From contig CAXYEK010000002.1 in the NCBI GenBank assembly GCA_964276235.1, forward strand, positions 69,216 through 133,215: 64,000 nucleotides of DNA, written 5' to 3'. Below, in pieces: positions 36,057 through 45,085 of this stretch; position 1 is the first letter of the stretch, and the number at the start of each line of letters is the position of its first letter. The notes below the pieces were generated by a model that ran no database searches, was not told the DNA's origin, and worked only from the letters and a program-made list of their open reading frames with translations. The position numbers and the translations under genes are program-made. This DNA comes from an uncultured SAR86 cluster bacterium. Its GTDB lineage: Bacteria > Pseudomonadota > Gammaproteobacteria > Magnimaribacterales > D2472.

Positions 36057-37321
36057 TGACAAATTTAAAAATAGGCATTTGTGGATGGGGAAATGTTGCT
36101 ACTGGGTTATTTAATGCTTTAAACGATAATGCAAATGAAATCCAATCTAATTCTGGAACTAGTTTTTCTGTGGATATAATAGGTGCAAGAAGAGATAATC
36201 CAAAGTGTAATCCTGGTGATACTAAGATCGTAAGAGATATATTTGAAGTTATAGATCATGACATTGATGTTGTAGTGGAGCTAATCGGTGGAGTTGAAGT
36301 TGCAAGAGAGTTAATACTCCATGCTATAAAAAATAAGAAACATGTTGTAACTGCCAATAAAGCTGTAATTTATCATCATGGAGACGAGATATTTCAGTCT
36401 GCCCAAGATCATGGTGTTAAAGTTCTTTTTGAATCTGCAGTTTGTGCAGGCACGCCTATAATCAAATTGCTTAAAGAAGAACTTGCAGCAAACAAAATTT
36501 TTAAAATCTCTGGTATGTTAAATGGAACTTCCAATTTTATTCTTTCGAATATGGAAGAGGGTAGTGAGTTTGAAGCTACTTTAGCATTGGCACAAAAAGA
36601 GGGTTATGCAGAACCAGATCCAACCTTTGATATTGAGGGAACAGATGCTGCTCATAAAATTGGAATATTATCATCAATCGCATATGGTACTTCTCTTCCA
36701 CCCGAAGATTTTTACGTTGAAGGAATTACTAAAATTGAAAAAAGTGATTTCCATCACGCTAACGAAATGGGCTACACAATTAAACATTTAGCAGTTGCTA
36801 AGCTTGATGATGATGGGGTTGAATTAAGAGCTCATCCAGCTTTAATAAATTTGAAATCTCACTTAGCTAATCTAGAAGGCGTTAGGAATGGAATGGAGGT
36901 TGATACCGATTTGATTGGAAAAGTCCATATAGCAGGCTCTGGAGCAGGCCAAGAATCAACAGCATCAGGCTTGATATCAGATCTAATTCACTTAGCTAAT
37001 ACCAGCAATATTAAAATGCCTATTTCTAGTTCTAAAAAAGATATCTCTTTAAGTGTATTTTCTGATTTGTCATTCCAATATTATTTTTATATTGAAGCTG
37101 AAGATATACCTGGAGTCATGGCTTCAATAACTTCTTTGCTTGCCATGAAAGATGTAGGTATTGAATCAATAGTTCAAAAAGAGGAATTAACTGAAAATTG
37201 TGTACCTATTATATTAATTACAGACATATTCAAAGAAGATGATCATTCATTACTTCAACAAGAGCTTCTTAATTTAGATTCTGTAAGAGCAATAAGATCA
37301 ATTAGGATAGAAGCTGATTAA
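36056..37321 (+). CDS. hom: homoserine dehydrogenase
   Basis: 421 aa. GxGxVG-type N-terminus, NGTSNFIL, AEPDPTFDIEGTDAAHK, C-terminal ACT domain. Confidence 0.9.
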   Translation: MTNLKIGICGWGNVATGLFNALNDNANEIQSNSGTSFSVDIIGARRDNPKCNPGDTKIVRDIFEVIDHDIDVVVELIGGVEVARELILHAIKNKKHVVTANKAVIYHHGDEIFQSAQDHGVKVLFESAVCAGTPIIKLLKEELAANKIFKISGMLNGTSNFILSNMEEGSEFEATLALAQKEGYAEPDPTFDIEGTDAAHKIGILSSIAYGTSLPPEDFYVEGITKIEKSDFHHANEMGYTIKHLAVAKLDDDGVELRAHPALINLKSHLANLEGVRNGMEVDTDLIGKVHIAGSGAGQESTASGLISDLIHLANTSNIKMPISSSKKDISLSVFSDLSFQYYFYIEAEDIPGVMASITSLLAMKDVGIESIVQKEELTENCVPIILITDIFKEDDHSLLQQELLNLDSVRAIRSIRIEAD

Positions 37322-37323
37322 AA

Positions 37324-38712
37324 ATGCTATTTCACAGCACAAGAGGTAAAGACTCGGGAAAAAGCTTTGAAGAAGTTCTTATGCAAGGGCTTGCTAATGA
37401 TGGTGGCTTATTTATGCCAGAATCTTGGCCTCAGATAGATATTGAGCATATAAAACAATTAGAATCGTTTATAGATGTAGCAAAATATATAGTTCCTCTT
37501 TTTACAAAATCTTCTTTTACTGATGAGGAGGTTAAAGAATTACTTGATCATACTTGGCATGACTTTTCAGATGAAGATTTTGCTCCAATTCATAATTTAG
37601 ATGAATCTAAATCAATATTAGAACTCTTTCATGGCCCAACCGCTGCATTTAAAGACTTTGGACTTCAGCTAGCAGCAGCATTTTTCGATAAATCATTAGT
37701 AAAGCAAAATAAAACAGCTATTGTCCTGGGGGCTACATCTGGTGATACAGGGTCTGCAGCTATAGATGCGTGCAGAAGATTTGATTCTATTAAAAGCTTT
37801 ATATTACTTCCTGATGGAAATATGTCAGAAGTACAAAGAAGGCAAATGACAACAGTCAATAGCCCAAATGTTTTCACACTACGGATTAATGGTACTTTTG
37901 ATGATTGCCAAGCAATTGTTAAAGAGGCTTTTAAAGAAAGATCATTTTTGAAGGAAGATCAATTTTTGCTTGCTGTAAATTCCATAAACTGGGTTAGGAT
38001 TATTGGACAAATTTGCTATTACTTTTATGCTTCTTTAAAAATGACTAGGTTTGAAGAGCCTATCAATTTTTCAGTACCTACAGGAAACTTTGGTAATGTT
38101 TTTGCATGTTACTCTGCTCATAAGATGGGAATGCCACTTAACAAGATTTTGGTAGCAGTAAATAATAATAATATTCTCCATAGATTTTTCTCTAATAATG
38201 ATTACTCTAAGATAGAGGTCTCTGAAACAATATCTCCTAGTATGGACATAAGCATTGCTAGTAACTTTGAAAGACTTATTTATGATTTATACGCCAATAG
38301 AGATGCTGGTTTGTGTAACGATTTTTATTCTAATTTCCCCCAGTCCCCAATTAAATTAAATAATGAAATGTGGAATAAATCTAAAGATCTATTCTTAAGT
38401 TACTCTGTGGATGATTTTTCAACTATTCAAGCGATGAAGGATACTTATGAACAATCTAGTTATTTAATGGATCCACATACTGCAGTGGCTTCCATGGCAG
38501 TTGATAAGCTTAAAAATGAAATCCAAGGAAAGACACTTATTCTTTCAACAGCTCATCCTGCAAAGTTCCCTAAAGTAGTTGAAGATGCAGGCCTTACTCT
38601 TAAAAATATACCTGAAAATTTATCTATTATTTTTGAAAAAGAAGAGCATTCATTTAGTTTTCCAGCTTCAAAGAATTTAATTTTTGATTTTATAGTGGAA
38701 AATAATTCATAA
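37324..38712 (+). CDS. thrC: threonine synthase
   Basis: 462 aa. FHGPTAAFKDFG (PLP Lys) and GATSGDTGSAA. Confidence 0.93.
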   Translation: MLFHSTRGKDSGKSFEEVLMQGLANDGGLFMPESWPQIDIEHIKQLESFIDVAKYIVPLFTKSSFTDEEVKELLDHTWHDFSDEDFAPIHNLDESKSILELFHGPTAAFKDFGLQLAAAFFDKSLVKQNKTAIVLGATSGDTGSAAIDACRRFDSIKSFILLPDGNMSEVQRRQMTTVNSPNVFTLRINGTFDDCQAIVKEAFKERSFLKEDQFLLAVNSINWVRIIGQICYYFYASLKMTRFEEPINFSVPTGNFGNVFACYSAHKMGMPLNKILVAVNNNNILHRFFSNNDYSKIEVSETISPSMDISIASNFERLIYDLYANRDAGLCNDFYSNFPQSPIKLNNEMWNKSKDLFLSYSVDDFSTIQAMKDTYEQSSYLMDPHTAVASMAVDKLKNEIQGKTLILSTAHPAKFPKVVEDAGLTLKNIPENLSIIFEKEEHSFSFPASKNLIFDFIVENNS

Positions 38713-38713
38713 C

Positions 38714-39811
38714 ATGGATTCTGCAGAGTTAAAATCTGGTTTAACTGATTTAAGTCTTCGTCTAGCTGAAATTAGAGAAGGTATTTTTGATGTTTCTTCT
38801 AAGGAAAAAAGATTAAAGGTTATTGAGGAGGATTTAGCTAAAGAAGAAGTTTGGTCAGACCTAGAGTTATCTCAAAAAATAAGTAAAGAAAAAACTGCTC
38901 TAGAAAAATCATTACTTTCTTTCAAATCAGTTGAAGAAAAAGTTTCTGATGGATTGGTTTTGTTGGAAATTGCAGAAAGTGAAGCCGATGATAGTTCGAT
39001 AAAAGAAATAGTAAATGAATTTTTTGAATTAGAGCAGGCAGTTTCTGAATTAGAATTCAGCAAAATGTTCACAAATAAAATGGATCCAGCATCAGCATAT
39101 GTTGAAATACAATCAGGATCTGGAGGAACAGAGGCTCAAGACTGGGCAGAAATGCTTCTTAGGATGTATTCTAAGTGGGCTGAAAGTAGAGATTTTGATA
39201 TAGATGTTACTGAAATATCTCATGGTGAAATTGCTGGAATTAAATCAGCAACACTTCATGTGAAAGGAGACTATTCATATGGATGGCTGAGAACAGAAAC
39301 TGGAATTCATAGACTTGTAAGGAAATCACCCTTTGATTCAGGAAGCCGGCGTCATACCTCCTTTGCATCGGTTTTCATATCTCCTGAGGTTGATGATTCT
39401 ATTGAAATTAACATAAACAATGCTGATATAAGAATAGATACTTATAGAGCATCAGGTGCTGGTGGACAGCATGTTAATAAAACTGATTCTGCTGTCAGGT
39501 TAACGCATACACCAACTGGCGTAGTTGCTCAGTGCCAAAGCGATAGATCTCAACATAAAAACAAAGAAAATGCTTTGAAACAATTAAAATCAAAGCTATA
39601 CGAGTTAGAATTACAAAAACAAAATGAAGAAAGGCAAGAATTAGAGGAAAGCAAGTCAGATATAGGTTGGGGAAGTCAGATTAGATCATATGTATTAGAT
39701 CAATCTAGAATTAAAGATTTAAGAACTGGTCATGAGACTGGAAACACTTCAGCTGTTCTTAATGGCGACCTTGATGAATTTATGAAAACTAGTTTAAAAG
39801 CAGGAGTTTAA
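38714..39811 (+). CDS. prfB: peptide chain release factor 2 (uninterrupted ORF)
   Basis: 365 aa. SPF tripeptide (KSPFDS) and GGQ (SGAGGQHVNKTDSAVR). No in-frame TGA at the usual recoding position. Confidence 0.95.
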   Translation: MDSAELKSGLTDLSLRLAEIREGIFDVSSKEKRLKVIEEDLAKEEVWSDLELSQKISKEKTALEKSLLSFKSVEEKVSDGLVLLEIAESEADDSSIKEIVNEFFELEQAVSELEFSKMFTNKMDPASAYVEIQSGSGGTEAQDWAEMLLRMYSKWAESRDFDIDVTEISHGEIAGIKSATLHVKGDYSYGWLRTETGIHRLVRKSPFDSGSRRHTSFASVFISPEVDDSIEININNADIRIDTYRASGAGGQHVNKTDSAVRLTHTPTGVVAQCQSDRSQHKNKENALKQLKSKLYELELQKQNEERQELEESKSDIGWGSQIRSYVLDQSRIKDLRTGHETGNTSAVLNGDLDEFMKTSLKAGV

Positions 39812-41245
39812 ATGTCAGAAGAGAATATTGGTGGCGAAGAGGGAATTATCGAAGAGAGAAGAAAGAAACTCGAGTCTCTTAGGGCTAAAGATAAAGCTTA
39901 CATAAATGATTTCTTTAAAGAGCACTATGCTGCTGATATTCACAGTCAGAATGATTCTTTTTCAAAAGAAGAGTTAGAGGAAAAAAATGTAGATGGTATT
40001 TCTGTTGCTGGTAGAGTTGTTCTTAGAAGAGTAATGGGTAATGCAAGTTTTGCTACTATTAGAGATTCTAGTGGAGACATTCAAATATATATAAGCAAAA
40101 ATACTGTAGATATTGATCTCTATGAAGATTTCAAGACCTGGGATCTTGGAGATATTATTGGAATTAAAGGAAAATTATTTAGAACAAGAACAGATGAGCT
40201 CACTATAGAAGCCAGCGACGCTGTTTTGATTACAAAATCTATTAGGCCTATGCCAGATAAATTTAAAGGGTTGTCCGATATAGAAACAAGATATAGGCAA
40301 AGATACCTAGATCTAATGAGCAACGAAGAGTCCAAACAAGTCTTTATTGATAGAACAAAAATCATTGAGTCGCTTAGGGTCTCTTTAAGAGATAGGGACT
40401 TTATTGAAGTCGAAACTCCTATGATGCATCCAATTCCTGGTGGAGCTGTAGCAAGACCTTTTGTAACTAAACATAATGCATTGGATAGAGAGTTATTTCT
40501 TCGAATCGCACCTGAACTTTATTTAAAAAGATTACTAGTAGGTGGTTTTGAGAGAGTTTTTGAAATTAATAGAAGCTTCAGAAATGAGGGCTTATCAACA
40601 AGACATAATCCAGAATTCACAATGCTCGAATACTATGAGGCCTTCACCTCATTAAGCAATACAATTGAATTCACTGAAAATATGATCAAGACTGCTTCCA
40701 AAAAAGTTAATGAGTCAGAAAAAATTAAATGGGGTGATGACGAGATCGATTTAGGTAATTTTAGACAAGCTTCTCTTGCTGATTTAGTCCTGGCGGAAAA
40801 TAAAGATTTAACTCAAGATGACATTGATAAAATGGATGGAAAGAAACTTTTAGAACTTTTTGAAAACTCTGTTGAGGATAAACTTATACAGCCTACTTTT
40901 GTGATTGGTTATCCGGTTGAAGTTTCACCATTATCTAGAAGAAATAATGATAATCCTGAAATAGCCGATAGATTTGAGTTATTTATTGGTGGTAAGGAAA
41001 TAGCTAACGGTTTTTGTGAGCTTAATGATCCAGATGATCAGGCTGAAAGATTTTCAGAACAAGTCAAAGCAAAAGATACTGGTGATAAAGAAGCCATGTC
41101 ATTTGATGAGGATTATGTAATAGCATTAGAGCATGGTATGCCACCTGCAGTCGGAGTAGGTATAGGTGTTGATAGACTTGTGATGATGATAACAAATCAA
41201 ACATCTATTAGAGATGTTCTTCTTTTTCCTCAGCTCAAATCTTAA
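39812..41245 (+). CDS. lysS: lysine--tRNA ligase (class II)
   Basis: 477 aa. OB anticodon-binding domain and class II motifs (FRNEG, GGGIGIDRL-type GVGIGVDRLVM). prfB-lysS operon synteny. Confidence 0.97.
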   Translation: MSEENIGGEEGIIEERRKKLESLRAKDKAYINDFFKEHYAADIHSQNDSFSKEELEEKNVDGISVAGRVVLRRVMGNASFATIRDSSGDIQIYISKNTVDIDLYEDFKTWDLGDIIGIKGKLFRTRTDELTIEASDAVLITKSIRPMPDKFKGLSDIETRYRQRYLDLMSNEESKQVFIDRTKIIESLRVSLRDRDFIEVETPMMHPIPGGAVARPFVTKHNALDRELFLRIAPELYLKRLLVGGFERVFEINRSFRNEGLSTRHNPEFTMLEYYEAFTSLSNTIEFTENMIKTASKKVNESEKIKWGDDEIDLGNFRQASLADLVLAENKDLTQDDIDKMDGKKLLELFENSVEDKLIQPTFVIGYPVEVSPLSRRNNDNPEIADRFELFIGGKEIANGFCELNDPDDQAERFSEQVKAKDTGDKEAMSFDEDYVIALEHGMPPAVGVGIGVDRLVMMITNQTSIRDVLLFPQLKS

Positions 41246-41251
41246 AAACTT

Positions 41252-42472
41252 CTAAGAATTTCCAGAAGGGATGTCTTTAAAAGCTACATTTTTATCTGCT
41301 CTTATATCCTGAGGAAGTCCCAAAACTCTTTCTGCAATAACATTTTTTAGAATTTCATCTGTTCCACCAGCTATTCTTAGGCCTGGAGCCCCAAGCCACG
41401 CTCCTTGAAACTTTAGAACATCAGAATCTTCAGGCTTTAACATTCCAGCCATGTCCAATGAATCAATACCAAAGTTTCCAATATCTTGAAGTTTATTTGC
41501 ACTAACTATTTTAGTAATGGAAGCTTCAGGACCAGGAGTCTGACCTTTAGAGAGGGCTGACATAGTTCTTAATTTTGTATTCTTAAGACCATTTGCTTCA
41601 CAATACCAATCGGCTATAGACTCTCTTGCTGCTCTATTGTTTATTAAAGCTTCTCCAGAGTCGTCTTGAGTTTTAGCCCATTTAAATGCTTCCTCAACAT
41701 CAGCTCCATCTGCATCCCCAACTGCTAACCTTTCATTCATTAAAGTTGTAATTGCAACTTTCCATCCATCACCTATTGCTCCAAGGCGTTGTGAATCTGG
41801 AATAACAACATCTGTAAAATAAACTTCATTAAAACTAGATCCACCTGTGATTTGTTTAATTGGTTTTACTTCTATTCCAGGAGATTTCATATCAACAAAA
41901 AAGAAAGTCATCCCTTTGTGTTTGTCCAAGTTAGGGTCATGTCTAACAACCAATATTCCATAATCAGAGAAGTGAGCTCCTGAGGTCCAAACTTTTTGAC
42001 CATTAATAACCCATTCATCTCCATTTTGAACAGCTTTACTTCTAAGTCCTGCTACATCAGAACCAGCAGAGGGTTCTGAGAATAATTGACACCATATTTC
42101 ATTTCCTTCAGCCATTGAAGGTAAGTATCTTGATTTTTGTTCTTCGGTTGCATACTCCATCATCACAGGACCACACATACCTAAACCAATTTCAAAAATT
42201 CCTTTAGGGACATCGAATTTAGACTCTTCCTCAGCCCATATAATTCTTTCAATAGCAGAAGCTGCTATTCCGCCATATTCTTTTGGCCAATGCAACATCG
42301 CCCAACCAGCATCATACTTTTTCTTCTGCCAGTTTTTTGCAGATTCCAAATTATCAATATTTGCAAAAGATTTTTCTTTGTCATAAGCCGTTTTAGGCTC
42401 TGCATTTTCCTCCAACCATTTTTTGCATGTTTGTCTAAATTCTGCTTGTTCTTGTGTATCATTAAAATCCAT
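41252..42472 (-). CDS. acyl-CoA dehydrogenase family protein (carries ACAD signature 1)
   Basis: 406 aa. FSEPSAGSDVAG and QKVWTSGA. The C-terminal region has IAGGTDEI where MCAD-type enzymes have YEGTxEI. Confidence 0.85.
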   Translation of the reverse strand: MDFNDTQEQAEFRQTCKKWLEENAEPKTAYDKEKSFANIDNLESAKNWQKKKYDAGWAMLHWPKEYGGIAASAIERIIWAEEESKFDVPKGIFEIGLGMCGPVMMEYATEEQKSRYLPSMAEGNEIWCQLFSEPSAGSDVAGLRSKAVQNGDEWVINGQKVWTSGAHFSDYGILVVRHDPNLDKHKGMTFFFVDMKSPGIEVKPIKQITGGSSFNEVYFTDVVIPDSQRLGAIGDGWKVAITTLMNERLAVGDADGADVEEAFKWAKTQDDSGEALINNRAARESIADWYCEANGLKNTKLRTMSALSKGQTPGPEASITKIVSANKLQDIGNFGIDSLDMAGMLKPEDSDVLKFQGAWLGAPGLRIAGGTDEILKNVIAERVLGLPQDIRADKNVAFKDIPSGNS

Positions 42473-42480
42473 AATTTATC

Positions 42481-43593
42481 CTAATTTGTATTTGACTGTT
42501 CTAAGCTGCTAACAAGCTTTTCTTTCCAATTCGTCAATGATCCAATATTTACTGAAAGTAATTTAGATCGTTTGTAATAAAGGTGACAGTCATACTCCCA
42601 AGTATAACCATTACCACCATGTGTTTGAATATTCTCTTTTGAACATAGTTGATATGCCTTTGTTGCACTAACCCTTGCTGTTGCTGAAGCGGTTGCTAAA
42701 TCTGATGATTCAGAAGAAAGAGCCCATGCAGCATAGTAAGAATTAGATTTTGCTAAAGTAATAGCTACATACATATCAGCTAATTTGTGTTTTATAGCTT
42801 GAAAAGAACCAATAGGTCTTCCAAAAGCATAACGTTCTTTTGCATAATCAATAGACATATCTAAAGACGCTTGTGATCCACCAATCTGTTCAAAGCTAAA
42901 TAAAACTGCAGCTTGATCTATTATAGATTCGTAAAGTTCCCATCCATTAGATTCATCTCCAATAAGAATGCTTGGGGTTTCATTACATTCAACAGAAAAA
43001 TGACCGCGACTTTCATCTATAGTTTCTTGATGTTTAATAGTCACACTTTCGTGAGAGTGATCAATCAATCTTAAATTGATACCTTCATCACTTTTTGAAA
43101 TAACAATGGAGTGAGTAGCTATTTCAGCATCTGGTACAGCAATTTTTTTACCAGTAGTAATATTATTTGAGGTAGAGGTTTTGATATTTAATTCTGTAGG
43201 AGCAAAAAGATCCTCAGTTACTGCTAATGTTCCAACACATTCTCCTGAGATAAGTTTAGGGAGGATATCTTTCTTAACTTCTTCACTAGCGTACTTCACT
43301 ATAGCTTCAGTAAATAGATAAACAGATGATGAGAAGGGTACAGGAGCTAAATATCTACCAAGCTCCTCAGCTATGACACACAGTTCTAAATGGCTCAGTC
43401 CTAACCCTCCATATTCTTCAGGAATTCTTATACCAGTCCACCCTAGCTCTACTATTTTATCCCATAGCTCTTGGTCAACCTTACCTTTGGTATCTAATAC
43501 TCCTCTACTTCTATTTAGTGAATCTTCTTTTTCAAGAAATTTTCTAGCTTCTTCTTGAAGGAATTTTTGGTCATCTGAGAAATCTAAATTCAT
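42481..43593 (-). CDS. acyl-CoA dehydrogenase family protein (degenerate, lacks ACAD signature 1)
   Basis: About 370 aa from MNLDFSDDQKF (the track start 43623 adds 10 aa). ACAD fold pattern (GGLGLS, IQTHGGNGYTWE), but TEDLFAPT replaces the TEPxxGSD motif. Confidence 0.8.
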   Translation of the reverse strand: MNLDFSDDQKFLQEEARKFLEKEDSLNRSRGVLDTKGKVDQELWDKIVELGWTGIRIPEEYGGLGLSHLELCVIAEELGRYLAPVPFSSSVYLFTEAIVKYASEEVKKDILPKLISGECVGTLAVTEDLFAPTELNIKTSTSNNITTGKKIAVPDAEIATHSIVISKSDEGINLRLIDHSHESVTIKHQETIDESRGHFSVECNETPSILIGDESNGWELYESIIDQAAVLFSFEQIGGSQASLDMSIDYAKERYAFGRPIGSFQAIKHKLADMYVAITLAKSNSYYAAWALSSESSDLATASATARVSATKAYQLCSKENIQTHGGNGYTWEYDCHLYYKRSKLLSVNIGSLTNWKEKLVSSLEQSNTN

Positions 43594-43650
43594 AAATTTT
43601 TTTATAGTTAATGTAAAATACATTATAAAGTAAATTTTTATTAATAATAA

Positions 43651-44295
43651 ATGAGTAAAGACATGAAGGCAGATAAATCATCTCCTGCATATTTAAAACA
43701 ATCTAGCTCAGGAGGTCTTTTTATTGGCTTCTTGTATGTCTTGGTGTTTATGAGTATTTTTTCTTTAGGTATTTGGCAAAGCCTTGAGTCTAAATCAATC
43801 GAATCCGCTTCCAAGTTATTTAATGAAAGATTGGTAGTAATAGAAGAACAGATAAATATTGCTGATGAGACAAATAATGATTCTTTGAGTGATATATCTT
43901 CTTCTATTCAGTTTTTAGACAAAGAAGTTAGAAAATTATGGGATTTAAGTAATAAAAGGAACAAAACTAATATTGCAAAACTAACTAAAGCTACTCAAAA
44001 ACTTGAATTGTCTGTTGAAAGCATTAATAAGATGCTTAATGATTCATCTAAGTTGATAGAGGCAAATAAAAAGGATCTTCAAATTAATAGAGAAAGTATT
44101 AATAACCTTAGTCTTACAAATTCTGAAATAGAAAATATCCAAATAACCTTAAAGACAATAGAAACTCAATTAATTTTAATAGATGATTCGGTTCAGGCTT
44201 TAAACAATTATAAAAAGCAATTGAATCAATCTATTTCTGAGATCCAAACAGAGATATCTTTGATGAATCAGGAAACCATAGAACTCCAGGAGTGA
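43651..44295 (+). CDS. hypothetical membrane-anchored coiled-coil protein
   Basis: 214 aa. One TM helix near the N-terminus, followed by heptad-like low-complexity K/E/N/L/I sequence. Confidence 0.4.
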   Translation: MSKDMKADKSSPAYLKQSSSGGLFIGFLYVLVFMSIFSLGIWQSLESKSIESASKLFNERLVVIEEQINIADETNNDSLSDISSSIQFLDKEVRKLWDLSNKRNKTNIAKLTKATQKLELSVESINKMLNDSSKLIEANKKDLQINRESINNLSLTNSEIENIQITLKTIETQLILIDDSVQALNNYKKQLNQSISEIQTEISLMNQETIELQE

Positions 44296-44335
44296 CAGAA
44301 TTGACAATATATTTAAATAGTTGTCTCATATAATT

Positions 44336-44548
44336 ATGAATAAAACAGTTTTGCAGGTTTTTTTGCTTCTTGCATTCATTCCTTTGGCTATATTAGTAGG
44401 CTATGGGGTGCTTGTTATTGCTCCAATATTTTGCTGTTTTCTTGCAATTAACTCATATAAGTTTAAAAATTATAAAGAAATGTACATATGGATGGCCATT
44501 GGGGGAATATCCTTCTTGGTCGCACTTTATATGTTGGGAGTTCTATGA
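44336..44548 (+). CDS. hypothetical small membrane protein
   Basis: About 70 aa from ATG 44336 (MNKTVLQVF...) with two hydrophobic helices. ATGA overlap with the next ORF. Confidence 0.35.
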   Translation: MNKTVLQVFLLLAFIPLAILVGYGVLVIAPIFCCFLAINSYKFKNYKEMYIWMAIGGISFLVALYMLGVL

Positions 44549-44931
44549 TTATTAGAGGAATCATTCTTATAGCATCAATTTTATTGCTTTCAGTAGGCCT
44601 ATTAACCTCTCTTACTCCTGGCCTAAATAATTTTCTTCTACCAGTAGAGGTCACTAGTAAAGAGTCTGTAATAATGATTAGATCAATAGCTGGTTTATTT
44701 ATCGGTCTTGGGTATTTATCTGTTCGATTTGTATTTTCATCATCTCGAGTTCAAATCGGGAATGTTCTCCTTTCTATAACAAGTTGTGCAATATTTTCAA
44801 AAATTTGTAGTTTCATATTTGATGGGGTTACAAATTATTCAATAATTGTTTTCTCTTTTATGGTTCTTTATGCAATTGGTCTTTATTACCTCCAAAAGAA
44901 AAGAAAAAATGAAATAGACTATAATTTATAA
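44545..44931 (+). CDS. hypothetical polytopic membrane protein
   Basis: 128 aa from ATG 44545 (MIIRGIILIASILLL...) with 4 hydrophobic segments. The track start 44488 overlaps the previous ORF. Confidence 0.4.
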   Translation: MIIRGIILIASILLLSVGLLTSLTPGLNNFLLPVEVTSKESVIMIRSIAGLFIGLGYLSVRFVFSSSRVQIGNVLLSITSCAIFSKICSFIFDGVTNYSIIVFSFMVLYAIGLYYLQKKRKNEIDYNL

Positions 44932-44968
44932 TCTTTTTTTAATCTTTCCATTCAACAATAATAATCTA

Positions 44969-44974
44969 TATAAT
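44969..44974 (+). promoter_or_regulatory. -10 hexamer (TATAAT) of the tRNA-Leu promoter
   Basis: Perfect TATAAT 12 nt upstream of the mature tRNA 5' end. Confidence 0.4.
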
Positions 44975-44986
44975 GCATCAGTGTTT

Positions 44987-45071
44987 GGGGATGTGGTGGA
45001 ACTGGTAGACACGCCAGGTTTAGAACCTGGTGCCGCAAGGCGTGTGGGTTCGATTCCCTCCATCCCTACCA
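44987..45071 (+). tRNA. tRNA-Leu (anticodon UAG)
   Basis: GGGGATG/CATCCCT acceptor (G1-U72), anticodon stem CCAGG/CCTGG with loop TTTAGAA, long variable arm, GGTTCGATTCC T-arm, encoded CCA. 85 nt. Confidence 0.9.
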
Positions 45072-45085
45072 TTAAAGATATAAAA

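Noticed and set aside
33255-41245. Looked for a dif site near xerD and for thr/lys-type leader peptides or riboswitches upstream of hom-thrC and lysC.
   Set aside because: Intergenic gaps here are 0-9 nt, which leaves no room for such elements. No dif-like GGTGCGCATAATGTATATTATGTTAAAT-type sequence was recognised.
44981-45085. N-terminal 35 codons of the track ORF 44981-46048 (MFGDVVELVDTPGLEPGAARRVGSIPSIP...).
   Set aside because: This segment is the tRNA-Leu gene translated as protein. The GH16 protein has a normal signal peptide starting at ATG 45086.
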